DNA of 36,827 nucleotides from a virus. The position numbers and the translations under genes are program-made. The DNA lies in IMG/VR virus record IMGVR_UViG_3300029122_000022. The stretch is one strand, 5' to 3'. How positions within the stretch are numbered: position 1 is the stretch's first letter; each line of letters starts with the position of its first letter. Shown here in pieces: positions 1 to 9,624 of this stretch. The notes under the pieces are model-generated. The model was given only the letters and a program-made list of their open reading frames with translations. It was not told the origin of the DNA and searched no databases.

Positions 1-96
1 AACGGTTAGCTCCGGAAAATAGAAACGTGCGGATCGTGCCCGCGCCGGAGCGCGAAACGTTCGAATAGTTCGAACGTACTTAAAAACTTAAACAAA
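1..96 (+). promoter_or_regulatory. Early leader cassette A (structured ~90-bp repeat abutting a start codon)
   Basis: Core TTAGCTCCGGAAAATAGAAACGTGCGGATCGTGCCCGCGCCGGAGCGCGAAACGTTCGAATAGTTCGAACGTACTTAAAAACTTAAAC. Contains a GCTCCGG/CCGGAGC stem enclosing a TGCGG-N7-CCGCG hairpin, then the 9-bp dyad ACGTTCGAA-TAG-TTCGAACGT, then an A-rich tract running into the ATG at 97. Confidence 0.85.
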
Positions 97-99
97 ATG
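1..99. repeat. Terminal overlap, copy 1: identical to 36729-36827 (circular closure or short direct terminal repeat)
   Basis: The first 99 nt and the last 99 nt of the window are identical base for base. Unique length is 36,728 bp. Confidence 0.95.
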
Positions 100-450
100 A
101 AAACGCAAAAATTTGTCTTCGACCTTAACTGCAAGTTTGCTATTTACGTACCTACCACGGTAGACGTGGATCGTGTAGACATGGAGGTTGCCGAACGTGT
201 TAAGAGGTACGTAATGGAACGCATGGCAACGTGGTTCGGCGGCTCGACCTCGACCCCGGCCGTCGGCGCGTGGGTGTCGGAGAGCGGCAAGACCGTTTAC
301 GAAAATGTAAATATTGTGTACGCTTATTGCACGAGCGCACAGGCCATCACCGAGTTCGAGAACGTTATCGCGTTGTGCGAGTACGTAAAGAAGGAAATGT
401 CGCAGGAGGCCGTAACGCTGGAGTACAACGGCCAGGTGAAATTCATTTAA
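97..450 (+). CDS. Hypothetical early protein (117 aa)
   Basis: ATG-started ORF directly behind cassette A. No motif I can name. Confidence 0.7.
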   Translation: MKTQKFVFDLNCKFAIYVPTTVDVDRVDMEVAERVKRYVMERMATWFGGSTSTPAVGAWVSESGKTVYENVNIVYAYCTSAQAITEFENVIALCEYVKKEMSQEAVTLEYNGQVKFI

Positions 451-501
451 CGTAATAGGGTATTTGGACCGGTGCGGATGAGAGACTACAGCATTCGCAA
501 T

Positions 502-597
502 AACGGTTAGCTCCGGAAAATAGAAACGTGCGGATCGTGCCCGCGCCGGAGCGCGAAACGTTCGAATAGTTCGAACGTAATTAAAAACTTAAACACT
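502..597 (+). promoter_or_regulatory. Early leader cassette B
   Basis: Same sequence as cassette A, including the AACGG 5' extension. Differs by 1 substitution before the last few nt. Ends at the ATG at 598. Confidence 0.85.
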
Positions 598-993
598 ATG
601 AAAATGATTGAACGTATTATGGTCAGCGCGATAATTGCCGATCAGCTCATCGAGTACGGGAATATAAAGGTATGGCCCGTGTATAGACTTCCGTCGTCCT
701 CGTGGACGGAGGATTTACGCGAGGACGACGGAAGTCTCCCGGAGTGCGTAAAAGAGCGAGCGAAAGACGCTATACTCGGGGTAACGGTTAGGCTACACGA
801 CAATACGATTGCACGTATTAACAAGAGCGAAAAGGAGATCCGGTTGGACTGCTGCCACTGGTACACTAACACAACGCGTTCACGCCTCAACGCTATCCTC
901 CTGTCGCTAACCGGCGGAGCGTTTACGGTCGATCGATACTTCGACCTCGTACAGAGCAAAGAGTCGGATTGGAAGGTAACACTCAGAAAATAA
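598..993 (+). CDS. Hypothetical early protein (131 aa)
   Basis: ATG-started ORF directly behind cassette B. Confidence 0.7.
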   Translation: MKMIERIMVSAIIADQLIEYGNIKVWPVYRLPSSSWTEDLREDDGSLPECVKERAKDAILGVTVRLHDNTIARINKSEKEIRLDCCHWYTNTTRSRLNAILLSLTGGAFTVDRYFDLVQSKESDWKVTLRK

Positions 994-1141
994 CGCGCGG
1001 GTATGGGACGTAAAAATTTAGAGATCGAAGCGATGCTTCATGCGTTGAAAAACTTCTCGTTTTACGCGACGCAAGGTGATACCGAGGTTATATCGTACGA
1101 AGATACGCATCTTCAACGTGGACAATAAAACTTTTATCATA

Positions 1142-1384
1142 ATGGAGAAGGAACGAAGATACGAAGTGCTTACGCTGTCACGTTTGGGGAGAACTCTTTC
1201 GTGCGTGCGGAACACGAAGGAAGGAGCGTTGGATCATTACAAAGGTCTGGTTGACATGTTACGTGGATTCGACGAGCACATAAAAGGTACGTCCGAAACC
1301 GCTTACGTTATTTATAGGGAGGTACGCGTGCTTGATAGCGGAAACGAGCTTGTAGTCGAGGAACGTAGTAGTTACGTTTTATAG
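1142..1384 (+). CDS. Hypothetical small protein (80 aa from ATG 1142; the ORF track starts it at GTG 1076)
   Basis: Fills the gap between the gene at 598-993 and cassette C. ATG 1142 has an A/T-rich leader like other starts here. The start is uncertain. Confidence 0.5.
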   Translation: MEKERRYEVLTLSRLGRTLSCVRNTKEGALDHYKGLVDMLRGFDEHIKGTSETAYVIYREVRVLDSGNELVVEERSSYVL

Positions 1385-1388
1385 CATT

Positions 1389-1478
1389 TTAGCTCCGGAA
1401 AATAGAAACGTGCGGATCGTGCCCGCGCCGGAGCGCGAAACGTTCGGATAGTCTGAACGTACTTAAAACCTTAAAGTT
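1389..1478 (+). promoter_or_regulatory. Early leader cassette C
   Basis: Same core. The dyad variant ACGTTCGGA-TAG-TCTGAACGT keeps pairing through an A-T to G-C change plus one G-T wobble. Ends at the ATG at 1479. Confidence 0.85.
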
Positions 1479-2144
1479 ATGAACAAAGAAAGATTTATTA
1501 CGATTTCGCGTGCGCAGATTGACGAGTACGTCGCATTTTGCAACCACTTCAACACGTTATTGGAAGTGGCAGAACGTTTCGACGGTAAGGTGCTCAGCGT
1601 CAGATTCTCAAAAGCCGTCAACGAGGCGTGCGAGAAGGTTGTGCGGAGTAACGGCACGTCCGTGCCAAGATTCATGTTATCTACAAGCACAACAGATACG
1701 TACGAGTACGTAAACGGCAAACGTGTTGGCTGCTGTCAGCTCTCGCTAATTTTCAGTATGGAGAACCGTTGGGTTAATGTAGGTAAAGACAGAAACGGAC
1801 TCCCCATCGGGACGTACATAGACGACAATATGTACTTGAACGTGTATGTTAGGGGCGGCGTCACGTCCGAATATCGTATCTGCGCTCAAGCGATACGTGA
1901 CGCCGTAGTGAAGAAAATCGTAGCTATACGCGAGGAGGTGGCCGTACTTATCGACGCAGTAGAGAAGTACGACTATTACGAGAAGGTCGTCAGGGATTTA
2001 CGTGCGGCTATCGGCGAAAGTGTCGTCGAGATCAACCCGCTGCTCCGACCGAAGGAGCTGACCGCCTTTGCCACCCTCGAACAGCTCAAAGAAGGACGTA
2101 AAGCAATCGTGGACAAGGTATGCGGCACTACAAAAGAAAGGTAG
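1479..2144 (+). CDS. Hypothetical early protein (221 aa)
   Basis: ATG-started ORF directly behind cassette C. Confidence 0.75.
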   Translation: MNKERFITISRAQIDEYVAFCNHFNTLLEVAERFDGKVLSVRFSKAVNEACEKVVRSNGTSVPRFMLSTSTTDTYEYVNGKRVGCCQLSLIFSMENRWVNVGKDRNGLPIGTYIDDNMYLNVYVRGGVTSEYRICAQAIRDAVVKKIVAIREEVAVLIDAVEKYDYYEKVVRDLRAAIGESVVEINPLLRPKELTAFATLEQLKEGRKAIVDKVCGTTKER

Positions 2145-2182
2145 TACCATACGCGTATCAGAGGGATAGGTTCAGTATCCTT

Positions 2183-2272
2183 TTAGCTCCGGAAAATAGA
2201 AACGTGCGGATCGTGCCCGCGCCGGAGCGCGAAACGTTCGGATAGTCTGAACGTACTTAAAAACTTAAAGTT
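2183..2272 (+). promoter_or_regulatory. Early leader cassette D
   Basis: Same core and same dyad variant as cassette C. Preceded by a small GGATA/TATCC hairpin plus TTTT. Ends at the ATG at 2273. Confidence 0.85.
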
Positions 2273-2650
2273 ATGATTAAGAGAACGTATGTGGACACGT
2301 GGGAGGAGCCTACGTCTTTTGAAGAGTTCATCGAAGAGATTGAATACAGCGAAGTTGCGCAGCGTCCTTGCGTCGTATGTGGCACCGTAGGTACGTGGCA
2401 AGGAGATCGTGCTATCTGTGCTAAACGTTTCGACAATCTGAAGGACGCTATCTACGCGTGTGTAAAACCCTGCGGCGAGGTTGTAATTTCACAACGTGCG
2501 TCCAACATCATCGTCGACGGGTACCGCCACGATGGAACGAACCATTTCGAGATTCACGTATTGAACGACAAAGGCGTACGTGCGGACGAAAATCGTTGCA
2601 ACCTGTCGCGTCGAGAGTATCAACTGGCCCTCAAAGATTACGTAATATGA
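2273..2650 (+). CDS. Hypothetical early protein (125 aa)
   Basis: ATG-started ORF directly behind cassette D. Confidence 0.7.
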   Translation: MIKRTYVDTWEEPTSFEEFIEEIEYSEVAQRPCVVCGTVGTWQGDRAICAKRFDNLKDAIYACVKPCGEVVISQRASNIIVDGYRHDGTNHFEIHVLNDKGVRADENRCNLSRREYQLALKDYVI

Positions 2651-2910
2651 AACGTGCGGGAGAACCGAACCTCGTACCTGTTGGGTACGGCGAGTTCATT
2701 ATAACGAACACAGGCGTTACCGTGCGGGTAACGCGAGCTAACCACGAAAAGAAGGAGCACAAATTCGGAACGTTGAGCGCTGCTCTACGTTTCTGCGACG
2801 AGAATGTTATTGAGACGTGTAGGGTGGACGAAGTTGTGGTAGAAGCCACGCTCGTTGTGAAGCCCGACATCAAATACGTAGAGACGGGTGTCGGAGTTGT
2901 TGCAGAATAG
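2647..2910 (+). CDS. Hypothetical protein (87 aa, MKRAGEPN...)
   Basis: ATGA start/stop overlap with the preceding gene (ATG 2647-2649, TGA 2648-2650). This is the internal Met of the 2458..2910 ORF. Confidence 0.6.
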   Translation: MKRAGEPNLVPVGYGEFIITNTGVTVRVTRANHEKKEHKFGTLSAALRFCDENVIETCRVDEVVVEATLVVKPDIKYVETGVGVVAE

Positions 2911-2920
2911 CAACGTATTA

Positions 2921-2948
2921 TCCGGATAGCTTTGATCGGCTATCCGGG
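2921..2948 (+). terminator. Intergenic stem-loop (CCGGATAGC / GCTATCCGG)
   Basis: 9-bp perfect stem just after the stop at 2910. No clear T-run follows. Confidence 0.35.
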
Positions 2949-2969
2949 TGCAAATGTAAATAACAAGGT

Positions 2970-3464
2970 ATGCGAACGAGAGTAAAAGTGCACGTGCACA
3001 GAAACTACGTGCAGACGTTAGTGAGATTTATAGAGCGACCATGCTCGTATGTAGAATTTGGGGTGGGATCACTACGTGGTCCGATAAACGTATTGAACTC
3101 TACAAATCTACGTGCGGACCTCGAAACGTCTGTAAGTTATGGTGTCGATGAAAGATTTTCCGAGTTTCCGGAAAACGCGTACTTCGAAATGGTGTACGAA
3201 TACGAAGTGTCTGCAAGCGTACAGGGCGCGGCGTCGAGCAAAGATGTGCTTTTTAAGTACGTTCGCTTTGCGAATCAGAAGCACGGCATACAGGACCTTA
3301 CCGACGCTTTTAAAGATAGCGTCCCGACGCCGATACGCCTTAAAGTAGTAAGCAACGTATTTACAGCCATCGCAAACCGAGACGCTGAAACGTTTATGAA
3401 GTTGATAAAAGCAATCTCCGCAGCGAGCGGAAACAAAACAATACGCGAATGGACGTTAGAATAA
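2970..3464 (+). CDS. Hypothetical protein (164 aa)
   Basis: ATG ORF packed tightly against its neighbours. Confidence 0.65.
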   Translation: MRTRVKVHVHRNYVQTLVRFIERPCSYVEFGVGSLRGPINVLNSTNLRADLETSVSYGVDERFSEFPENAYFEMVYEYEVSASVQGAASSKDVLFKYVRFANQKHGIQDLTDAFKDSVPTPIRLKVVSNVFTAIANRDAETFMKLIKAISAASGNKTIREWTLE

Positions 3465-4180
3465 TTAAATCTGGCAGTAGCGGCAATTGCGTAACGATCG
3501 ACGATCGTTTAATAATCGATGCTGGGTTTTGCCCCGAGGTCGTGCCAAGGGGGTCGGCGTTATTGCTTACCCACGCCCACACGGATCACACAAAGGCCAT
3601 CCAAAGGTTCGAGGGCATACCTATATATGCCGGGAGGGTTACAAGCGAAGCGATAGCCCAAAAGTGGCCGTTTTTGGCGGTCAACATTTTGGAATGTGAG
3701 GACGACGGGCTGCCCAATCCAACGTATCGGTTACCGTACGATGCGGCGCCGGGTGACGAGTATTTCGTGCGCCCGATAAACGTAAAGCACGACATCCCCT
3801 GTATCGGGTTCGATATTACGCACGATGGGGAACGCATACTGTATGCGACGGATTTCAATGCGTTTCGGGAGGAGGTCGACGTGCGGGACTACACGGCGCT
3901 GTACTTGGAGTGCAACAACACGTTGACTCCCGAGGATTTCGCAGACCTCTACTTTACGGAGGAGAAACCGAAGGACGAGTTCCACAGGCGTAAGTCGTAC
4001 TACAACCACTGCAACGTCGGGTATCTGCGTATGCTGTTCGAACGTGCGGGGTTCTCCGAGGACAACCCGTGCGACATACCGTTGACCCTGTTGCACAAAT
4101 CGACGTATTACTACCACGCACACCCCGAGGAAATCGTGAAGTTGTGTAAGATTGCAAACGTACAAAATCCACTTTTATAA
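3449..4180 (+). CDS. Metallo-beta-lactamase-fold hydrolase/nuclease
   Basis: N-terminal beta-strand region followed by the HxHxDH motif (LLLTHAHTDHTKA). Further His/Asp residues lie downstream (NVKHD, YATD). Confidence 0.8.
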   Translation: MDVRIIKSGSSGNCVTIDDRLIIDAGFCPEVVPRGSALLLTHAHTDHTKAIQRFEGIPIYAGRVTSEAIAQKWPFLAVNILECEDDGLPNPTYRLPYDAAPGDEYFVRPINVKHDIPCIGFDITHDGERILYATDFNAFREEVDVRDYTALYLECNNTLTPEDFADLYFTEEKPKDEFHRRKSYYNHCNVGYLRMLFERAGFSEDNPCDIPLTLLHKSTYYYHAHPEEIVKLCKIANVQNPLL

Positions 4181-4195
4181 AACTTATTTAGCACT

Positions 4196-4636
4196 ATGAA
4201 AACACGTTATGAAATGGCGAAACTTTTCTCGATAGAGAGGGATTTCGACGGCAACATTAAAGTGATTGCCGGAAACATGACCAAAACGTACAACAACCTC
4301 CCGATTTCAACCGTATCGTTCCTTTTCGAGCTGTCCGAGTACGTAGCACGGTCCGCCGAGCTGTTCGAGAAGTACGTTAAGCCGGAGCGGGAATCCGAGT
4401 TCTCAGGCTGTATGCTGACGACGGCCAACTGCGTAGAGAAAGAACCGGATAGCTTCGGCCCCGTTATACACAAGATGCAAGTCGGGGGAGCGGGAGGAGT
4501 TATGCGTACGTCGGTTGAGGTGACTATTAGTCGAATCGAGTTCGCGTTCGCGCTTGCGATGAAGGACTCGGACAAAACGTTCGACGCTATCATCCACGAC
4601 ATCGCCGTAAAGAAGTTAATCAGCGTAATCAAATAA
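4196..4636 (+). CDS. Hypothetical protein (146 aa)
   Basis: ATG ORF between the MBL and SSB genes. Confidence 0.65.
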   Translation: MKTRYEMAKLFSIERDFDGNIKVIAGNMTKTYNNLPISTVSFLFELSEYVARSAELFEKYVKPERESEFSGCMLTTANCVEKEPDSFGPVIHKMQVGGAGGVMRTSVEVTISRIEFAFALAMKDSDKTFDAIIHDIAVKKLISVIK

Positions 4637-4672
4637 TTCACCTTTTTATTAAACATTTAAACGTGTTAAACT

Positions 4673-5272
4673 ATGGAAAACTTCATGATTAAGGGTGCCC
4701 CGACGTGCCGTGTTGCCTACCCTCGTGGTCTCTTCGAGAAAACGCAAGTGAAGGGCGGCGTAGGCAAACCCAAGTACAACGCAATCATCCTTATTCCGAA
4801 GGACGATGCGGAGAAGGTCGCACAGGTGAACGAGTTCTACATGAAAGCGTTCAAGCAGTTGCAGGACACGGGCTTCAAGTCGAAGACGCCGAAGGGTATC
4901 AACCCGAAAAACAACTGCTTACAGGATGGTGACGAGTACGCCGACGAGAAGGAGGGCATGGACGCATTCCGCGGCTACCTCATGTTGAAGGTAGGCAGCA
5001 AGAACTTCCGCCCGATCGTTACGGACGTGCAGAAACGCATCATCATCAACGACGTTCCGCTGCCGGACGTAGAAGTTGAGCGTCTGTCCGACGAGGAGCT
5101 CCACGACGGCGACTACATCTTCGCAAACGTTTCGTTTTGGATATACAACAACTCGGCTGCACAGGGTATCGGCTGCAACATTCACGCCGTTATGCGTGTT
5201 AAGGAGGGTGAGCAGGTCGGCGGAATGTCGAAGAGCGTTGACGACTACATCAACCCGGCCGACTACGAGTAG
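4673..5272 (+). CDS. ssDNA-binding protein, DUF2815 / T7 gp2.5-like
   Basis: N-terminus (CRVAYPRGLFEK...GKPKYNAIILIPKDD) resembles the DUF2815 signature. Acidic-aromatic C-terminal tail (DDYINPADYE). Sits immediately upstream of the family A polymerase, as in the known DUF2815-PolA modules. Confidence 0.6.
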   Translation: MENFMIKGAPTCRVAYPRGLFEKTQVKGGVGKPKYNAIILIPKDDAEKVAQVNEFYMKAFKQLQDTGFKSKTPKGINPKNNCLQDGDEYADEKEGMDAFRGYLMLKVGSKNFRPIVTDVQKRIIINDVPLPDVEVERLSDEELHDGDYIFANVSFWIYNNSAAQGIGCNIHAVMRVKEGEQVGGMSKSVDDYINPADYE

Positions 5273-5376
5273 TACGTTTCGACTGTACGTTAAACAGTCG
5301 GGTAGCGAGCACAGAGCACGTAACGTGCGCGGGGGCGGGTCCCGCACTCGCACAATTCTCTTAAATCCACACACAT

Positions 5377-7236
5377 ATGCACAGCTCAATTTTGTTTTTA
5401 GACTTTGAGACGCGCAGCGTATTCAACGTGGCCGACGTGGGAACACACAGGTATGCCACAGACCCTACCACCGAAGTGACATTATTATCTTACGCGTTCG
5501 GCAGCAAACCTGTAAGGACGTGTACCAGCGTTAGTGACGAGGTACGGGAGGCGCTGGAAGATCAAAGAGTTTTGAAAGTGGCACACAACGCCGAGTTCGA
5601 TATGGCTATCGCAAAGTACGTTTGTGGCGTCGAGATCAATCCGATGGACTGGTGGGACACGGCGTACCAAGCAGCGTATTTTGGCTACCCTCGAAAGTTG
5701 TCACACCTTGCCGAGATTCTGCGAACGACGAGAAAAGCGTCACAGGAGGAAATGTTGCTCTTCGCTTCGCCTGTACGTACGAAACGCAAAGAGATAGTCA
5801 TGGAGGACGGGCACGTTAAGTTCCCCGAGCCGAAGGACTACCCCGAAGCGTTTGAACGTTTCAAAGAGTATTCCGCTCTCGACGTCGAGGTTATGCGTGA
5901 ATGTTACAACAAAATGGCGGCCATACCTCCGATCGAGATTTTCACGATGCAGTTTACGTTCGAAATGAACTTCAACGGCGTTCCGTTCGATATGGAGTTC
6001 GCTCGACGAATTGGCGCGTTGGCAGAGTACTATTCTACGCGTGCGGGCATCACCGCCCGTGAAAAGTACGGCATACAAAATTTGAGGTCCCCGAAGCAGG
6101 TACAAATGGCCCTCTACCGTGAGGGTATCACGCTTTCGAGCCTCAACAAAAAAGCCCGGGAGGGTATAACGCACGAAATTCTCGAACTACGCGACGAGGC
6201 CACCGGGTCCTCCTTCTCAAAGATCAAAAAAGCCGAGACGCGTATCTGCCCCGACGATCGCCTACGAGGCGAGTTCGTCGGGTTCGGGGCACATACAGGA
6301 CGATGGAGCAGCCGGGGAGTTCAGTTGCAGAACTTCGCCCACGGTGCGGACGACGCGTCGACAGACCTGTCAAAGGTACGCAGCTACGACCACCTCCGAC
6401 AGCACTTACGTTTATGCATCTACGCTGGAGACGAGCGGAACCAGTTCACGTGCGCGGACCTTTCGCAGATCGAGGCACGTATCGTGGCGTGGCTCGCTAA
6501 CTGTAAGTGGCGTATGGATGCGTTCCGCAACGACGAGGACATCTACTCACGTTCCGCCGAGAAAATGTTCAATATCGAGAACGTTCACAAAGGTATGCCC
6601 GAACGTCAGATGGGTAAGTGCGCGGAGCTCGGCCTCGGCTACGGCGGGGGCTCGGCGGCAATCGAACGTATCGCTCCGGACTTCTACCGAGAGCAGGGCG
6701 ACGAGAAGGTTTCAAACCTCGTAGCCGTATGGAGAGGGGCTAACCCGGAGATTTGCCGATTGTGGAGAGGCATTGAAAACACGTTCAAGAGTGCGATGCG
6801 GTCCGGCATAGCCGTTTTGCAGTGCGGCCAGGCGAAGCTGACGTTTAAGTACGATGGCAAAACGGCGGCTATCACGCTGCCGAGCGGTCGATGCCTTTAC
6901 TACCGAGGTACGCACCTTGATCAAGGGGCTATCCACTACCTCGACTACTCGCGTGGTGGCGAGCACGCCGTGCGGACGAAAATGTGGGGAGGAACTTTGC
7001 TGGAGAACGTAACGCAAGCTATCGCCCGAGACGTGCTCGTAGACATTATGCAACGCGTACGTGCACGCATCGATGTGCAGTGCGTCGGGTCAGTGCACGA
7101 CGAAGTGTGGTACATAAGCCGTAAAGGCGAAAATACGCTGGACGTTTTGTTGGAGGAAATGGCCCGTCCGATAGATTGGGCTCCGGGGCTTGTAACAAAG
7201 GGAGACGGATTTACGGATTTCAGATACATAAAGTAA
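5377..7236 (+). CDS. Family A DNA polymerase with 3'-5' exonuclease domain
   Basis: Exo motifs: LFLDFETRS, HNAEFDMAI, YSALDVEV. Pol motif A: CADLSQIEARIVAW. Motif B: RQMGKCAELGLGYGGG. Motif C: GSVHDEV. Confidence 0.93.
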   Translation: MHSSILFLDFETRSVFNVADVGTHRYATDPTTEVTLLSYAFGSKPVRTCTSVSDEVREALEDQRVLKVAHNAEFDMAIAKYVCGVEINPMDWWDTAYQAAYFGYPRKLSHLAEILRTTRKASQEEMLLFASPVRTKRKEIVMEDGHVKFPEPKDYPEAFERFKEYSALDVEVMRECYNKMAAIPPIEIFTMQFTFEMNFNGVPFDMEFARRIGALAEYYSTRAGITAREKYGIQNLRSPKQVQMALYREGITLSSLNKKAREGITHEILELRDEATGSSFSKIKKAETRICPDDRLRGEFVGFGAHTGRWSSRGVQLQNFAHGADDASTDLSKVRSYDHLRQHLRLCIYAGDERNQFTCADLSQIEARIVAWLANCKWRMDAFRNDEDIYSRSAEKMFNIENVHKGMPERQMGKCAELGLGYGGGSAAIERIAPDFYREQGDEKVSNLVAVWRGANPEICRLWRGIENTFKSAMRSGIAVLQCGQAKLTFKYDGKTAAITLPSGRCLYYRGTHLDQGAIHYLDYSRGGEHAVRTKMWGGTLLENVTQAIARDVLVDIMQRVRARIDVQCVGSVHDEVWYISRKGENTLDVLLEEMARPIDWAPGLVTKGDGFTDFRYIK

Positions 7237-9624
7237 ATGAGTGTTTACGACATAGCGTTTGGGGTCAAACGATCACAGACAACAACAAAACAATATCGGC
7301 TCGAATGGGAGGAGATCGTTCAACGCCTAAAGAACGTAACTCGTACCGACGAGACGATGGCACAATACGCCCAAATGAGCAAATCACAGAAGGTCGACGT
7401 TAAAGACGTTGGCTTTTTCATCGGCGGTTTGTGCGTAAAGAGGAAAGTTACCTACCGTCAGTTGCTCGTCATCGACATCGACGAGGCAGCAGAGGACACA
7501 CTAAAAGCGTTACGAGACTGGCTCGCTGGGCATGCGTACGTCATACACAGCACGCACAGCTCCACGCCGGATGACCCGAGATACCGGGTCGTCGTTCCGT
7601 TGAATCGTATTGTACTTGCTGACGAGTACGGAGCGATTATGCGCGTATTGCACGACAAGTTCAAACTTCCTCTCGACGTCTCGACGTTTGACTTCAACCG
7701 TATCATGTTCCTCCCGTCTATCCCGAAGGACGCGGAGTATTTTTTCGAATACGAGAACGGGGAGGAACTCGACGTAACCCCGTTGCTGGAGCAGCTCGAC
7801 AACTGGCAGGACCTGTCCGACGTGCCTGTACCGGAGAAGGTACGGGTGCAGGACCCGAAGTACAAAGGAGGTTTGGTCGGTGCGTTCTGCGCGAAGGTCT
7901 CGGTCCGCGAAGCAATCGAAACGTACTTACAGGACGTATGGAGAAAAGAACGAAGCGGCCGCTACACGCTCATAGGCGCTACGACTGTCGGTGGTGGGGT
8001 TATCTACGAGGACAAGTATCTGTACTCGAATCACTCCTCCGACCCGTACCTCGGTCGGTGTCATAACGCGTACGACGCCGTACGTCTGTATAAATTCGGC
8101 GAAGGCAAGCAGGGAGAGGCGGCTATGGCGTCGTTGTGTGAAAGCCTCGGCATACGTGCGGATAGCGGGAAGGCTCACCGCCTTACCGTCGACGGGATGG
8201 ACGACGAGGAGGCTAAAGCCATACTCAACGAACGTTTGGAGGTGGACAGCAAAGGAAACCTCGAAAAGACTCTCAAAAACGCACAGTTGATCTTGAAGTA
8301 TGACCCGGAGCTGCGGGACATCTTTGCATACGATCTGTTCAGCGAAATGCCCGTATTGAAGCGTACGCCGTCGTGGCGCACTTTTGATATTCGGACGGAG
8401 AACGAGGACTGCCGAAATATCCAAACGTACGACGAAATGACAGACACGGACGAAAGCTACCTACGGCTCTATTTCGAGGATAAGTACGGATTCGACGCAC
8501 GTGCGGTCCTTACGGATGCGCTCAACATCGTAGAGCACGAGAACGCGTTCCATCCGGTACGCGATTATCTCAACTCTCTCAAGTGGGACGGGGTGAAACG
8601 TCTCGAAACGATCTTCATAGACTGTTTCGGGGTACCCAATACGCTATACGCGCGCGAGGTGGGAAAGAAGTTTTTCACAGGTGCGGTTCGACGCGTGTTC
8701 ATACCTGCCTCGAAAATGGACTACATACCTGTTCTTGTTTCGGAGGAGGGCTTCGGTAAATCGAAGTTTGTCCGACGTATGGCCAAACTTTGGGGCTCCG
8801 ATACGTTCTACACGTTTAACGGCAGCAAGGAGGCTTACGAGCAGCTGCGGGGTGTGTGGATCATGGAGATACCCGAGTTGAACGGAGTGCAGAGCAAAAG
8901 TACGAACAGTCGAAAAGCGTTCGTCACCAAAGGGGAAGACCGCTATCGTGCGGCTTACCTTAAATACACAAAGACGTACAAACGTCAGTGCGTATTTATC
9001 GCCTCGTCGAACGACGTGGTGTTTCTCGACGATCCGTCGGAGGATGGCCGACGTTGGTGGGGTATGATCTGCAACAAGGAGCGCGTAAAGATAGACGTCC
9101 ATTCGGAAGCGTTTCTCGGTCTTGTAGACCAGTACTGGGCCGAAGCGGTTCATTACTATTTGCAAGGTGTGCTACCCGTATTGTCGGATGCCGCCGAGGC
9201 GGAGGCCCGTCAGTTTAGAACGGTCCACAAAGCGGAGGATTCCGAGCTCGGAGCGTTGATCGACTATCTTAATATGCCTGTTCCTGTTGATTGGTATAAG
9301 ATGAGTACGTTCGAGCACAAGCAATACTGGTTGAACTCACGAGACGTGTGGTCAGGAACTCCTCGTCAATACGTATGTACTACTGAAGTGGCGCGGGAGT
9401 TCTATGAATACGAACGTAAAGATATGACCCCGACGATAGGCCGAAAGGTGGCTGACGCGATACGTAGGACGCAGCTTTTTGACCAAACCGCAGCTAACCG
9501 ACGATTCGGTGAGTACGGATCGTGTGTAGCTTGGATACGTAGAAGGATACCAAAGGAATTAAAAAATACTATTGATGACTACGACGGATTTGATACTAAA
9601 GGAGAGCCGGAAATTTGGACTTGA
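7237..9624 (+). CDS. Primase-polymerase / VirE-type (SF3, D5-like) helicase
   Basis: N-terminal prim-pol motifs (LLVIDIDE; HSTHSS..RYRVVVPL). C-terminal P-loop (SEEGFGKSK) and Walker B-like (VWIMEIPEL). Confidence 0.85.
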   Translation: MSVYDIAFGVKRSQTTTKQYRLEWEEIVQRLKNVTRTDETMAQYAQMSKSQKVDVKDVGFFIGGLCVKRKVTYRQLLVIDIDEAAEDTLKALRDWLAGHAYVIHSTHSSTPDDPRYRVVVPLNRIVLADEYGAIMRVLHDKFKLPLDVSTFDFNRIMFLPSIPKDAEYFFEYENGEELDVTPLLEQLDNWQDLSDVPVPEKVRVQDPKYKGGLVGAFCAKVSVREAIETYLQDVWRKERSGRYTLIGATTVGGGVIYEDKYLYSNHSSDPYLGRCHNAYDAVRLYKFGEGKQGEAAMASLCESLGIRADSGKAHRLTVDGMDDEEAKAILNERLEVDSKGNLEKTLKNAQLILKYDPELRDIFAYDLFSEMPVLKRTPSWRTFDIRTENEDCRNIQTYDEMTDTDESYLRLYFEDKYGFDARAVLTDALNIVEHENAFHPVRDYLNSLKWDGVKRLETIFIDCFGVPNTLYAREVGKKFFTGAVRRVFIPASKMDYIPVLVSEEGFGKSKFVRRMAKLWGSDTFYTFNGSKEAYEQLRGVWIMEIPELNGVQSKSTNSRKAFVTKGEDRYRAAYLKYTKTYKRQCVFIASSNDVVFLDDPSEDGRRWWGMICNKERVKIDVHSEAFLGLVDQYWAEAVHYYLQGVLPVLSDAAEAEARQFRTVHKAEDSELGALIDYLNMPVPVDWYKMSTFEHKQYWLNSRDVWSGTPRQYVCTTEVAREFYEYERKDMTPTIGRKVADAIRRTQLFDQTAANRRFGEYGSCVAWIRRRIPKELKNTIDDYDGFDTKGEPEIWT

